Below are positions 7,819-17,995 of a stretch of 64,000 nucleotides of DNA, piece after piece. The translations under genes and the position numbers were made by a program. Origin of the DNA: Calditrichaceae bacterium (GTDB lineage: Bacteria; Calditrichota; Calditrichia; Calditrichales; JBFXGD01); NCBI GenBank assembly GCA_050173015.1, contig JBFXLE010000001.1:1-64000 (forward strand), in the 5' to 3' direction. The number at the start of each line of letters is the position of its first letter. Positions within the stretch are counted from its first letter, which is position 1. A model generated the notes under the pieces. That model saw nothing but the letters and a program-made list of their open reading frames with translations, had not been told where the DNA came from and ran no database searches.

Positions 7819-9581
7819 CGGATTTTTCTCCATAATGCCCGGCCGATAAACCGGAATTTATCGCCAAGTGGGAAGCGCTTTAGCACGGTGCTGACAACTC
7901 CTTTTGTGAAACGTGTCCGGCGTGAATAATCAATTTTTACATCCACAATCACGGGCTGACCGGAACCGGCTATATTCAACGCTTCCGGAATAACGGATTC
8001 CAGATCCTCATTTGAATTTAGTTCAAGGAACGCGGCGCCGGTGGCAATAGCCACTCCTTCGAGCTTGATATCGCCAAGAATAGTACAGGTTTTCCGGTTG
8101 TATGGAATTTCCTGTCCCTGAGAAATCTGCGAAAGTTCACCATCGTGGAATACAAAATATACCACGCCCGCGTTGTGAGTGGACGCCGTAAGAATTTCCA
8201 TACAGGTCATAAGAAACGCGCCGTCGCCGACAATACCAATCACCTGATTGTCCGGATTGGCCAGTTTCGCGCCGATAGCGGCGGGAACGCAGTAACCCAT
8301 ACAGTTAAAATCGGTGGGAGAGATAAAGTGCTTTGAGTGGTACGAATCGAATAATTCGACAGCCAGGAATGTATGATTCCCGTCGTCCACAACGGTGATC
8401 GCGTTGTCATCGAGATGTTTGCGAAGTTTTTCGAAGAAAAGCGCGGGATTGACCTTGTTATTTTTTTCCTTCTTCCATTCCTCACGGTATTTTTTCTTAT
8501 CATCTCTGATTTGCTTTCTTAAGCCGTTGTCGTCGTGGATATGATCGACACCGTTTTTTGTCAGCACTTTAAGTAAGGCGGATAATGCTTCCCCGGCATC
8601 GGCCTCTATCGCGATTTTCGCGGGATAATTTTTATTAAAAACCTTTGGATTAATATCGATATGAATCAGATTTTCCGGAACAGTCACGCCAAAACTTCCG
8701 GTGGGAATTTCACCAAAGCGCACACCGACCGCCAGAAGGCAATCACATTCGCTGAACGCGTTTTCCGCCGCCGGCACGGAACTTGGGCCAAAACCCATTC
8801 CCGTATGCAGGGAATGATTGGAAGGAAAGACGCTGAATCCCTGGAGTGTTGTGGAAACCGGGGCGCTGAGTAATTCGGCCAGTTCGATCAGCTGCTCGGA
8901 AGAGTCGCGGCATCCCCAGCCCACAAAGATACCGGGTCTATCGGCGTTTTTTAGCAATTCGGCGGCTTTCAGAATTTTGGCGATGTCGGGCGCCGGATGC
9001 TTTCCTTTTTTTTCAAAAACGGGCAGATCCCGCACTTCGCCCTTGAATAACTGTATATCCACGGGAATTTCCACAAATACCGGTCCCGGTTCACCGGCCA
9101 CCGCAATTCTGTAAGCCTCGAAAATAGTTGGGATAATATCCTCATGTTTCTTCACCAGCCAGGTTTTTTTTGTAATTCCGGCCAATACCGCGTGCTGATC
9201 CCACTGATGGAGCTGATAGGATTTGTTGATGTCGCGGCGAATCCCACCGGAGATGATCAGCATGGGGATACCGTCGAGATACGCTTCACCGATGCCGCTC
9301 ATGGCATGGGTCACACCGGCCGCGGGAACGATGAGCATGGTACCGATCGAATCGGTAGTCCGGCTAATCGCGTCGGCCATAAAGGCGCCACCGCCTTCGT
9401 GTGTTACCAGAACGGGTGTGATTTTTTTGGATTTGCTAAGTTGGTCGTACAGCTCCGTATTTTGTACGCCGGGGATGCCGAATGTATGAGTGACCGGCAG
9501 CTGTTCCAGCGCGTAAACGGCTAACCACGCCCCCGTCTTTTTCATTGTTTTTTCTTTTTTATCTTCAGACGCGGTTTTCAT
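7815..9581 (-). CDS. Thiamine pyrophosphate-binding protein (acetolactate synthase-like family)
   Basis: FGIPG, HE.G..FMAD, GPVFVEIP, GDGAFLM TPP motif; ATGA overlap with the upstream gene (alternative start 9545). Confidence 0.9.
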   Translation of the reverse strand: MKTASEDKKEKTMKKTGAWLAVYALEQLPVTHTFGIPGVQNTELYDQLSKSKKITPVLVTHEGGGAFMADAISRTTDSIGTMLIVPAAGVTHAMSGIGEAYLDGIPMLIISGGIRRDINKSYQLHQWDQHAVLAGITKKTWLVKKHEDIIPTIFEAYRIAVAGEPGPVFVEIPVDIQLFKGEVRDLPVFEKKGKHPAPDIAKILKAAELLKNADRPGIFVGWGCRDSSEQLIELAELLSAPVSTTLQGFSVFPSNHSLHTGMGFGPSSVPAAENAFSECDCLLAVGVRFGEIPTGSFGVTVPENLIHIDINPKVFNKNYPAKIAIEADAGEALSALLKVLTKNGVDHIHDDNGLRKQIRDDKKKYREEWKKEKNNKVNPALFFEKLRKHLDDNAITVVDDGNHTFLAVELFDSYHSKHFISPTDFNCMGYCVPAAIGAKLANPDNQVIGIVGDGAFLMTCMEILTASTHNAGVVYFVFHDGELSQISQGQEIPYNRKTCTILGDIKLEGVAIATGAAFLELNSNEDLESVIPEALNIAGSGQPVIVDVKIDYSRRTRFTKGVVSTVLKRFPLGDKFRFIGRALWRKIR

Positions 9582-11206
9582 TGATGACCTCCCGATATAT
9601 CTTTTGCGGCTATTCTTCCCGTTAGGACACAGCTTCCCAAAAATGTTCCTTCAAGTGAACCGAACCCGTGAATGCCTCCCCCGCCGAATCCGGCTGCTTC
9701 GCCGACGGCGTATAATCCGGAAATGGGTTTCCCCTTTTTATCCAGAACACGACTTTGAAGATCCGTCTGAATACCCCCGAGACTTTTCCTGCTTAATATA
9801 AATTCCCGAATGGCGATCAGTGGCATGGCTTTGGGATCATTGATTTTCTGAAATTTGCACATCCGCATTCTGTCACCCTTGTAAGTTCGGAACCCGGCGA
9901 TCCGGCGCAGTTGATCATCATTAAAAAACGCCGGACCGCGGTCGATTTGATCATCATAAGCCTTAATCCCGGCCGCCAGCGCTTCGGGATTGATCCGGTG
10001 ATCACCGCTTAATTCATTCATTTTATTCGCGAGTTCGGGTACAGATTCAGCCGTGACAAAGTCGTGGGATTCCTTGATCAGCCGCCGCACGAGATCCTTG
10101 TTTCCGAAAAGCAAATCAAGTATTACCCGTAGTTTTTTCTTGTTCCTGAACGCGGTCATATAGTCGCTTCCGGACACACTCAGTTCTTTGATGGCAATTT
10201 TCCAGTTCATGACCTGCCATGAGTACTGACCGGGCTGCTGACAAATTTGCTCGACCAGAAAACGCGTATCGGTATAACCGACAAGCGGCTGCGGGCCGAT
10301 GCGCTCTCCCCGGGCATTCATCCACAAGGCGGAACGGGGCGGCACCAGGCTGAGTCCGTGCAGGGGCCTTTCAGAGTTCGGATGATATATTCCGGCGGCA
10401 TAATGCCAGTGTTTATCGAGATGAGTGACACTTCCGCCGATTTTTTCGACGGCATCGTGCAGCATTCCATCGGCATACGGATGCGAACCGTTTAGAAGAA
10501 CCTGCGGCGGGTCACCCCATGGTTTGTACCAGTGCTTACGGACTCTGCTCAAATCACCTCCGCAGATACCGCCTGAAGCGACAACAACGCAATCGGCCGC
10601 TGCCGTAAAATCCTCTTCCGATGCTTCCAGAATACCGGAACATCCGCTTATCGATTTACCGGAAAAATCCAGTTGATTTACACGGTGACCGAAGCGGATA
10701 TCAAGATTTTTACGGTTTGGATGATTGTCCAGGTGTCCAAGAATCGCTTCCACGAGGCCAAATCCCGTTCCCCACGCGATATGCCAGCGGGGGACAGAAT
10801 TACCGGGACGATAAAGCCCCCTCTCCGGCCAGTTCACCACCGGAAGGAATTCAACCGAGCGTTTTGACAGCCAATCCCAGATCATTTCGATGGAGGTGTT
10901 TACATAAGTCTCAGCCCAGAGAAGAGGCCATACATCATCATCGCCGAATTTTGCGAAACTCAACCAGTCGGACAGCGCCAGTTCCGGGGAATCCTTAATC
11001 TTCGCCTTTTTTTGCAACGGCGTTCCGACCATCATTACGCCGCCAAACGATTCTTTCGCGAGTCCGCCGAACTTATCTTCCGTATCTCTTTCCAGAATCA
11101 GGACTTTATGGTTTTTATCAAGAAGGTCAAAGGCGGTCACTATTCCGGCGAAACCGCCTCCGATAATGATGACATCACTCTGGTAATGATTTTTTGAACC
11201 GGACAA
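9578..11206 (-). CDS. FAD-binding dehydrogenase (KsdD/fumarate-reductase-like family)
   Basis: GGGFAG dinucleotide fold, GGLAKESFGG, RKSLGGIQTD, GLYAVGEAAGFGGGG, LEGTFLG. Confidence 0.88.
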   Translation of the reverse strand: MSGSKNHYQSDVIIIGGGFAGIVTAFDLLDKNHKVLILERDTEDKFGGLAKESFGGVMMVGTPLQKKAKIKDSPELALSDWLSFAKFGDDDVWPLLWAETYVNTSIEMIWDWLSKRSVEFLPVVNWPERGLYRPGNSVPRWHIAWGTGFGLVEAILGHLDNHPNRKNLDIRFGHRVNQLDFSGKSISGCSGILEASEEDFTAAADCVVVASGGICGGDLSRVRKHWYKPWGDPPQVLLNGSHPYADGMLHDAVEKIGGSVTHLDKHWHYAAGIYHPNSERPLHGLSLVPPRSALWMNARGERIGPQPLVGYTDTRFLVEQICQQPGQYSWQVMNWKIAIKELSVSGSDYMTAFRNKKKLRVILDLLFGNKDLVRRLIKESHDFVTAESVPELANKMNELSGDHRINPEALAAGIKAYDDQIDRGPAFFNDDQLRRIAGFRTYKGDRMRMCKFQKINDPKAMPLIAIREFILSRKSLGGIQTDLQSRVLDKKGKPISGLYAVGEAAGFGGGGIHGFGSLEGTFLGSCVLTGRIAAKDISGGHQ

Positions 11207-11413
11207 ATCAATTCCTCCCGATTTGGTTTAAATGGATCTATTTTATATCCGTATAAAATCATCATGTTGGAATGGCAAGGATATCGCCGGCCGGATTCAT
11301 AACCGGAAGATTCGGTAAAGGGCGATATGGTTGAAGATACTAAACCGGGAGAATATTATCAAAGATTATAATTCCGGATTTGTCCGTGATGATTTCGATA
11401 CAATATTTTTTTT

Positions 11414-11442
11414 TGCAAGAAATTGACATCTGATTTGTCTAA
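11414..11442 (+). promoter_or_regulatory. Putative autoregulatory ECF promoter TGCAAG-N17-GTCTAA
   Basis: Lies about 35 bp before the ECF sigma gene; repeated at 12033 and 305. Confidence 0.75.
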
Positions 11443-11476
11443 AATATAAATAGCACGCACTTATCGGGGATAAAAG

Positions 11477-12016
11477 TTGCAGGACATCACATTTGATTCG
11501 GTTTACCGGGCTTACGGCGGAAGAATTCTGAATCTGGCTTTTCGAATGACCGGAAGCGAAGATACGGCCCGTGATATGACTCAGGATGTATTTCTGAAAG
11601 TCTATGAACGCCTTGATACATTTCAGCAGAATTCTGATATTTATACATGGATTTACCGCATCGCGACAAATCATATTCTCAACCATCTGAAGAAAATGAA
11701 ACGACAGCAGTTGTTCAGTCTGCTTGATAAAAATGTTGACGAATTGTTGCGGGAGGGTGGAATCAATGGTGACAGTGAGAATATCCTCCCGGATCAAATG
11801 CTGGAAAAGTCCGAACGGGAAAATTTTGTCTGGAACGCCATACTGGACCTTCCGGTAAAATACCGTATGCCGCTTGTTTTGTTTCGTTATGAAAATATGA
11901 GTTACAAAGAGATCGCGGAAAAACTTGATCTTAGCCTGAGCGCGGTTGAGTCACGTATCCATCGGGCCAACAAACAGTTGATAAAAAAACTGGAGCCTTT
12001 AGCGGGTCATATTTAA
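11477..12016 (+). CDS. ECF RNA polymerase sigma factor
   Basis: TTG start; region 2 DMTQDVFLKVY and TWIYRIATN; region 4 LP..YR..LVL...ENMSYKEIAE.L......VESRIHRA. Confidence 0.93.
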   Translation: MQDITFDSVYRAYGGRILNLAFRMTGSEDTARDMTQDVFLKVYERLDTFQQNSDIYTWIYRIATNHILNHLKKMKRQQLFSLLDKNVDELLREGGINGDSENILPDQMLEKSERENFVWNAILDLPVKYRMPLVLFRYENMSYKEIAEKLDLSLSAVESRIHRANKQLIKKLEPLAGHI

Positions 12017-12032
12017 AGGGCTAAAAATAATC

Positions 12033-12061
12033 TGCAAGTTTTTAGAAACAGATTTGTCTAA
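12033..12061 (+). promoter_or_regulatory. Putative internal ECF promoter TGCAAG-N17-GTCTAA
   Basis: Also shares GATTTGTCTAAAT with the 11414 copy. Confidence 0.75.
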
Positions 12062-12087
12062 ATAAATAAAGAGACAAGAGAGTAGAA

Positions 12088-12546
12088 ATGGAAAAGCACG
12101 TAAAAATATTTTTTCAGGATTGGCTGGAACAAAATCTTTCAGAAATCAGGAAGCGGGAAATCGAATCCCATATAAAGAAATGTGAATCATGCGGCCATTA
12201 TTTTATGACAATGTCTGCGTTGCTTCAGCGTCCTGCTTCGAAGGATATTCCGGTTTTGACGCCTGATCCCTATCTGCCCGCGCGTGTTAAAGCGTTGACC
12301 CGGGAAAAAAGGTCACGCCTGGAGAACGGTTTACGCGGAAGAATTATTCACTGGGGTCTTAACGGCGCTTTGGCGGCAGCGGCGATCTGGATTGGTATTT
12401 TTCTCGGAACGGGATTAACGGATACAACCGGTAGTACGACAGATGAATCGGATATCGCGCTTGCCTATTATGAGGCGTTTTCTCCGAACAATATCGCGGA
12501 TCAATTTGAATCGGTGATCCAGACAAATCAGGGAGATGATCAATGA
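12088..12546 (+). CDS. Zinc-binding (ZAS/zf-HC2) transmembrane anti-sigma factor
   Basis: HIKKCESC (HxxxCxxC) motif, single TM segment, directly after the ECF gene. Confidence 0.85.
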   Translation: MEKHVKIFFQDWLEQNLSEIRKREIESHIKKCESCGHYFMTMSALLQRPASKDIPVLTPDPYLPARVKALTREKRSRLENGLRGRIIHWGLNGALAAAAIWIGIFLGTGLTDTTGSTTDESDIALAYYEAFSPNNIADQFESVIQTNQGDDQ

Positions 12547-13061
12547 AAGTAAAATTATTAGTAAGCGCCCTGGTATTTATGATTATTGTAAATCTTGCCA
12601 CAATCGGGAGCTTTATTTATACGCGGATGACCCGTCCGGATCCTCTGCAGTTCACTTCTCCCAATGAAAAAATGATGCCGCGTAACCGCATGGACGAGAG
12701 ACCGGGAGCAAAGCTCGACAAGGAACAGTGGGAACAATTGAGAAATCTGCTTTATGGTTTCAGGGAAGAAACAAAAGAGCTGAACACGGAAATCGCTAAT
12801 CTGGAATTGGAAACATTGACCATGCTCCAACAAAATCCAATCCCGCAAGATAAGATTCAGCGTAATTTGGAGAAAATATCGGAAATCAAACTGGAAATCA
12901 GTAAGAAAGCGATAATAAAGATCACGGACGCGAAAAGTTTTTTAAATCCGGATCAGGAGTTACGGTTTTTTAACTCAATAATGCGGGCCGGACCCGGCAT
13001 GAATCGACCGCATATGAGGCGCAGAGAACCTATAAATGTTGTTAAACCTGATACATTATAA
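12543..13061 (+). CDS. Periplasmic Spy/CpxP/ZraP-like (heavy-metal sensor) protein
   Basis: N-terminal anchor, helical body, LDKEQ and LNPDQ (LTxxQ-like) motifs. Confidence 0.75.
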   Translation: MKVKLLVSALVFMIIVNLATIGSFIYTRMTRPDPLQFTSPNEKMMPRNRMDERPGAKLDKEQWEQLRNLLYGFREETKELNTEIANLELETLTMLQQNPIPQDKIQRNLEKISEIKLEISKKAIIKITDAKSFLNPDQELRFFNSIMRAGPGMNRPHMRRREPINVVKPDTL

Positions 13062-13081
13062 ATAATCAAAAGGAGAAAGAA

Positions 13082-13570
13082 ATGAGACGACAATTAACAA
13101 TGGCATTGTTTCTCGGCATACTTGTTCTGGCGGGAAGTGTTTACGCTCAAAGACCCATGGGACAAAAGATGAATGGCAATTGCGTGACCGCGCTGGATTT
13201 AACCGATGAACAGCAAGCCAAGATTACCGATCTGCGGCTGCAGATGGAGAAAGAAGTGCTTCCGCTTCGCAACGAAATGGATAAACTTCGCGGTGAATTG
13301 AGATTGGAAATGACCGCCGAAAAATTCAATGAAGGCAAAGTAAAGAAGATTTCCGGCGAAATGAGCACGATCAGAGAAAAAATGCAGCTCAAACGTTTGA
13401 ATCATCAGAGAGCGGTAAGGAGTTTACTGACTCCCGAACAGCAGAAACAATTTGATCTTCAACTTTTATCCGGTAATGGAAAAGGACATGGCGGAATGTG
13501 CGGTGACCGGATGGGAAGAGGCGGAATGAAGGGCAACATGGAGCGGCCGTCCAGACCGTGGAATAATTAG
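13082..13570 (+). CDS. Spy/CpxP family periplasmic chaperone
   Basis: Signal peptide ending VYA; LDLTDEQ and LLTPEQ motifs; Gly/Met-rich tail. Confidence 0.85.
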   Translation: MRRQLTMALFLGILVLAGSVYAQRPMGQKMNGNCVTALDLTDEQQAKITDLRLQMEKEVLPLRNEMDKLRGELRLEMTAEKFNEGKVKKISGEMSTIREKMQLKRLNHQRAVRSLLTPEQQKQFDLQLLSGNGKGHGGMCGDRMGRGGMKGNMERPSRPWNN

Positions 13571-13590
13571 AACAAGAACATGAATAAAAG

Positions 13591-13618
13591 AAGCCGGGCC
13601 AAACACCCGGCTTTTTTT
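13591..13618 (+). terminator. Intrinsic terminator
   Basis: AAGCCGGG/CCCGGCTT stem followed by a T-run. Confidence 0.85.
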
Positions 13619-13659
13619 GTTTTAACAAATCGATGATTTTCTCAACATTATTAAACGAT

Positions 13660-14250
13660 TTAACGCGCGGCAATTTCATTTGGCGGAACAGGGCTCGGCA
13701 CAAGATTCTTTACCGGTTTGATAGACTGCAGATAGGCAAAAATCGCCTTTAGATCCTGGTCTTCCAGCAGCGCCAGGTTTTCCCACGGCATCGGCGGCAG
13801 AATCGGCCGTCCTTCGCCCATGTGTTTACCGGTGCGGAACGCTTTTACGAACATCTCTTCCGTCCACATACCCAGACCGGTTTGTTTGTCGGGAGTCAGA
13901 TTGCTGGCAAAACTGATTCCCCAGGGTCCGACCCATGCGGACAAATTGTCATTATATAAGAACCATTTATCAGGACCAAGCTGGTCAGAAGTGAGTTCCG
14001 GCAGCTTGGAATCGGCAGGATGCCCCGAAAGCAACCGTGTCATATCCGGAACCGGGCCCTTATCGGTCATTAATTTTGGTGTATGACAGACATTGCAGTC
14101 ACCGACGGTCATGAGAAATTTGCCGCGCTGAATCTGTTCATCGACGGTCATTTTATTTTGACCGGAAGTAGATTCACAACTCTGCGTTAATATTGAAATA
14201 AAGATGAAGGCTAAAACGCTCAAACCGATAGAAAAATAATTGCGATACAT
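13660..14250 (-). CDS. Cytochrome c family protein, probable lipoprotein
   Basis: CNVCH heme motif, ASNLTPD..TGLG.W, LPPMPW; likely ATG at 14250. Confidence 0.85.
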   Translation of the reverse strand: MYRNYFSIGLSVLAFIFISILTQSCESTSGQNKMTVDEQIQRGKFLMTVGDCNVCHTPKLMTDKGPVPDMTRLLSGHPADSKLPELTSDQLGPDKWFLYNDNLSAWVGPWGISFASNLTPDKQTGLGMWTEEMFVKAFRTGKHMGEGRPILPPMPWENLALLEDQDLKAIFAYLQSIKPVKNLVPSPVPPNEIAAR

Positions 14251-14656
14251 AAATGTTCCCCCCAGAAAAATATGTAACGATAAGAAATAGTGAATTATTA
14301 GACACAAAACGCATTATTTTTTTAGAAATTTCCGAATGGAAATAAAAAATTGAAAAAGGAGTATTGGTTCAGTTAAAATTGTTAAGAGTGTAAGAGTAGG
14401 GATAATGAACTTCGTGTCCTGAGTAATTGGCAAGAATATTTAAGGAACCGAAGAAACACCACTGCCGGGGCGTATTTATAAACACCACAGAATTCCCAAC
14501 CATTCCATGGCGCTTCTCTCTTGTATTAGATTGACCAGATTAACAGAAATGAGAAAAAAGGCAGGTGTGTTTTAGACGCATTCATACATACGAATGTATA
14601 AAAGACATATGAATAGTGGTATGAAATCAGGAGAGTGAATAAGTGTTATTATGATA

Positions 14657-17578
14657 TCAATCAGATGTCATATCCAGTACTTCCCGTACTTTCTTAGCCA
14701 AAGCCGTTGGGGTAAATGGCTTCTGAAGCAAGTTGATACCTTCTTCAAGCACCCCGTGCCGGGCAATGGCCTCATCGGTATAACCGGACATGAACATAAT
14801 TTTTATGGCGGGGCACATTTTAGCGATATTATCAGCCACTTCTTTTCCGCTCATCTTTGGTAAGACCACATCGGTCAGCAGAAAATCTATCTCATTTGGA
14901 TTGTTTTTGCAGATCTCGAGCGCTTCAGAACCCTTTGATGCTTCAAGAATTTTATATCCATAACCTGTTAGCGTCAATTTGGTCAGTTCTCTTAAAGCGC
15001 TGTCATCTTCGACGATTAATATGGTCTCAGTCCCGGCCAGCGATCGGGGTGTGGCGGATCTTTCATCCTCAATGCTCTCAGTTCCCAGGATAACCGGGAA
15101 ATATATTTTAAAGGAAGTACCCTTATCGGGTTCACTGTAAACCCAGATATCGCCACCGCTCTGCTTCACTATTCCATACACCGTCGAGAGCCCCAGGCCT
15201 GTACCCTTACCCTTGCCTTTGGTAGTGAAGAAGGGCTCGAAGATTTTCGCCTTTATCTCAGGACTCATTCCCTTCCCATTGTCACTGATGGTGATCATGA
15301 CATATTGACCGGGTTTCACCGATAGATGATGCGTTACATATTCATCATCGAGATGGATATTTTTTGTCTCAATCGAAAGTCTTCCTCCCGTAGGCATCGC
15401 GTCTCTGGCATTCACCGCCAGATTCATGATAATCTGGTTTATCTGTCCGGGGTCTGCTTTTACGGATGATAATAATTTGTCATATTTGGCATTCAACTCG
15501 ATATCTTCCCCGATCAGACGCCGCAGGATTTTTTCCGAATCTTTGATAATCTCATTGATGTTCAGAATCTTTGGCTGAATAATCTGTTTTCTGCTGAAGG
15601 CCAGTAGTTGATTGGTTAATGAAGAAGCTCTTTCACCGGCTTTCAGAATCTGAGTGATCATTTTGCCTTGAGGAACATTTAAATCACCCAATGTGAGCAG
15701 CATATTGCAATATCCCATGATGACCGTTAACAGATTATTAAAATCATGGGCGATCCCTCCTGCCAGTAGTCCAATCGCTTCAAGCTTTTGTGCCTGCAAC
15801 AGCTGTTCTTCCAGAACTTTTCTCTCGGAAATATCAAAAAACAAAATGGCGACCAGTCCTGCCTGAGGCTGATAGGCATGGAATTCAAAATAACGATTAA
15901 TGTTTTCAAAATGATACTGAAACTGAATGGATTGGCCTTCCATCGCGACCTTTGTCAAGTTTTGTATAAACTTTTTACGGGAATCTAATACGAGATCATC
16001 TACCTTTTGTCTGATAACATTTTCTCTTTTAAGGCCTAACATTTTTTCAAACGCAGGATTTACCTCCAGTACCCGCAATTCCTGAATCTGTCTTTCCTCG
16101 CTATAAACCGTTTCTAGAAGCGCGAATCCTTCATGCAGGTTTGTAAAAAGACTTTGATATCTTTCTTTTGCGCGCTCCAGCACTTTCTCCGCTTCTTTGC
16201 GTTTCTCCTCAGCGCGGACTTTTTTTATTACCAAAGACAGAAAATCGGCAATATCTCTGAAGAGTTTGACCTCGCTTTCTGGCCATTTCATGGGTTCTGA
16301 TGCTCCAAATATCAAAATTCCCTGAATATTCTCAGAATGATCAACAGGAAAACCCATGATAGCAAGAATGTTTATTTTTTTTATTTCCGCCACCAGTGCT
16401 CCAAGCCTGTGATCCCTGTTAATATCACCGATAATTGTTGTTGTTCCTTCCTTTATCGCGCGGAGATATACCGGCGCCGGGTTCAGGTCAAATGTACGTC
16501 CTTGCAATTCAATCATATCCGGAGGATCTGTGGAATATATAATTTTCAATATCCCTTCATTATCCAGAAGGGAATAATTAATCCTATAGCGTGGGAAAAA
16601 GTTGCTGAGCTGTGTAACAGTCTGATTGATAATTTGTTGTTTATTTAGACCATCGGAAATCTCATTCAGCAGTTCATTTTGGATAAAAAGCCATATCTGT
16701 TCCAGCTTTCCCGCGTCTTCAATTTCCTTTCGTTCTGTCGCGTCACTGATATACCCCTCAAGATGGACAACATCGTCATTGGGCCCATAAATACCCTGCC
16801 CCTGCTCAAAAACCCATTTGGAGCGACCGGATTTGGTTAGGATTCGGTACATTATTTTAAACGGTTGTTTGTTCTCCAGCGCGGTTTGTATTTCGTCCCA
16901 AACCATATTTCGATCATCAGGATGAATAATTTGATTGTAATTGATAGGCCCATCATGAAGGATCTCATCAGGCATATAGCCTGTCAGTGTTTCACAACCG
17001 GCGCTTATAAAATCCATGGTCCAGTTTTTATCGTTCCGGCACTTATAAACCATACCGGGTAAATTTGAGATAAGGGTCGATAATACACGCTCATTTTCCC
17101 GGAGTTTCGCGGTACGCTCATCAACTAATTCTTCAAGTTCCTCACGATATTTGCTTAACTGTTTTTCGGTATAAATTTGACCGGTAATATCTTTAAATAT
17201 TGTAAAAACTTGATATGGCTTTGGCTGATCATCCTTAAACAAAGGAATGGCGGCCACTTCCAGCCATCGATGTTCATTTAATTTAGGATGAAAAACCCCT
17301 ATAGTGACCCCTGTTACCGACTTTCCGGTCTTTAATGCAACCATGGCCGGGTGAGTTTCACCGGGAAAAAGCGTACCATCCAAATGAATGGCCTTCCATC
17401 TCGGATCGATTGATTTTCGGCCTTGTAATTGATTAATGGATATACCCAGTAATTTCTCGGCGGTGGGATTGGCGGAGATTATTTGACTGTCAGCAGCATG
17501 TACGATCACTCCGACGGTCATGGACCGGAAAAGTTCTTTGAAATTTATTAAACTGTTTTCATCCACATGTTTATACAT
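14657..17578 (-). CDS. Hybrid sensor histidine kinase (PAS/PAS/GAF/PAS-HisKA-HATPase-REC)
   Basis: AGGIAHDFNNLL H-box, NLAVNARDAM, FEPFFTTK, GTGLGL; C-terminal receiver (VEDD, LTDVVLP, KPF). Confidence 0.95.
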   Translation of the reverse strand: MYKHVDENSLINFKELFRSMTVGVIVHAADSQIISANPTAEKLLGISINQLQGRKSIDPRWKAIHLDGTLFPGETHPAMVALKTGKSVTGVTIGVFHPKLNEHRWLEVAAIPLFKDDQPKPYQVFTIFKDITGQIYTEKQLSKYREELEELVDERTAKLRENERVLSTLISNLPGMVYKCRNDKNWTMDFISAGCETLTGYMPDEILHDGPINYNQIIHPDDRNMVWDEIQTALENKQPFKIMYRILTKSGRSKWVFEQGQGIYGPNDDVVHLEGYISDATERKEIEDAGKLEQIWLFIQNELLNEISDGLNKQQIINQTVTQLSNFFPRYRINYSLLDNEGILKIIYSTDPPDMIELQGRTFDLNPAPVYLRAIKEGTTTIIGDINRDHRLGALVAEIKKINILAIMGFPVDHSENIQGILIFGASEPMKWPESEVKLFRDIADFLSLVIKKVRAEEKRKEAEKVLERAKERYQSLFTNLHEGFALLETVYSEERQIQELRVLEVNPAFEKMLGLKRENVIRQKVDDLVLDSRKKFIQNLTKVAMEGQSIQFQYHFENINRYFEFHAYQPQAGLVAILFFDISERKVLEEQLLQAQKLEAIGLLAGGIAHDFNNLLTVIMGYCNMLLTLGDLNVPQGKMITQILKAGERASSLTNQLLAFSRKQIIQPKILNINEIIKDSEKILRRLIGEDIELNAKYDKLLSSVKADPGQINQIIMNLAVNARDAMPTGGRLSIETKNIHLDDEYVTHHLSVKPGQYVMITISDNGKGMSPEIKAKIFEPFFTTKGKGKGTGLGLSTVYGIVKQSGGDIWVYSEPDKGTSFKIYFPVILGTESIEDERSATPRSLAGTETILIVEDDSALRELTKLTLTGYGYKILEASKGSEALEICKNNPNEIDFLLTDVVLPKMSGKEVADNIAKMCPAIKIMFMSGYTDEAIARHGVLEEGINLLQKPFTPTALAKKVREVLDMTSD

Positions 17579-17829
17579 TTAATATCCTTAAAGAACACAA
17601 TTAACGGGTTTAATTTTTATCATTGTTAATCGTCTTAACTTAATGACTCTTTAAGTATCGTTCAATGAACGGTATATTTTCTACCAACTTATTTAGGTTG
17701 AAAAATATTCTGATCATACAGGTAGTTGGGATCTTTGTGTATATTGTTACAGATATAAGCAACCAATATTACACCTGAGATGTGTAATTGACTAAACCTA
17801 TCAATTTGTCAAACTTTTTTTCTTAGTCT

Positions 17830-17858
17830 TTGCCATTTTCTAAACCGGGACTTATATT
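17830..17858 (+). promoter_or_regulatory. Sigma70-like promoter TTGCCA-N17-TATATT
   Basis: Near-consensus boxes with 17-bp spacing. Confidence 0.5.
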
Positions 17859-17952
17859 TATTACAACTTTTTTCCAAAGACCGCTGCATCTGCAGCCTTT
17901 GACATTATTATCATCATCTTTGCAATACAAAACAAAAGAATCTTTAGCGCGG

Positions 17953-17995
17953 TGCCTGTTTAATCCCCATCCGGTATAAACAGGCATTTTTTTTT
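17953..17995 (+). terminator. Intrinsic terminator in the leader of the 18115 gene
   Basis: TGCCTGTTTA/TAAACAGGCA 10-bp stem plus 9 T. Confidence 0.75.

Noticed and set aside
6723-7867. Short minus-strand ORFs in the REP array
   Set aside because: Repeat translations in different frames with no RBS or consistent product.
14560-14600. Fourth copy of the ECF promoter (GTCTAA on the minus strand; also GTCTAA at 19770)
   Set aside because: No TGYAAG box at 17-bp spacing in either case.
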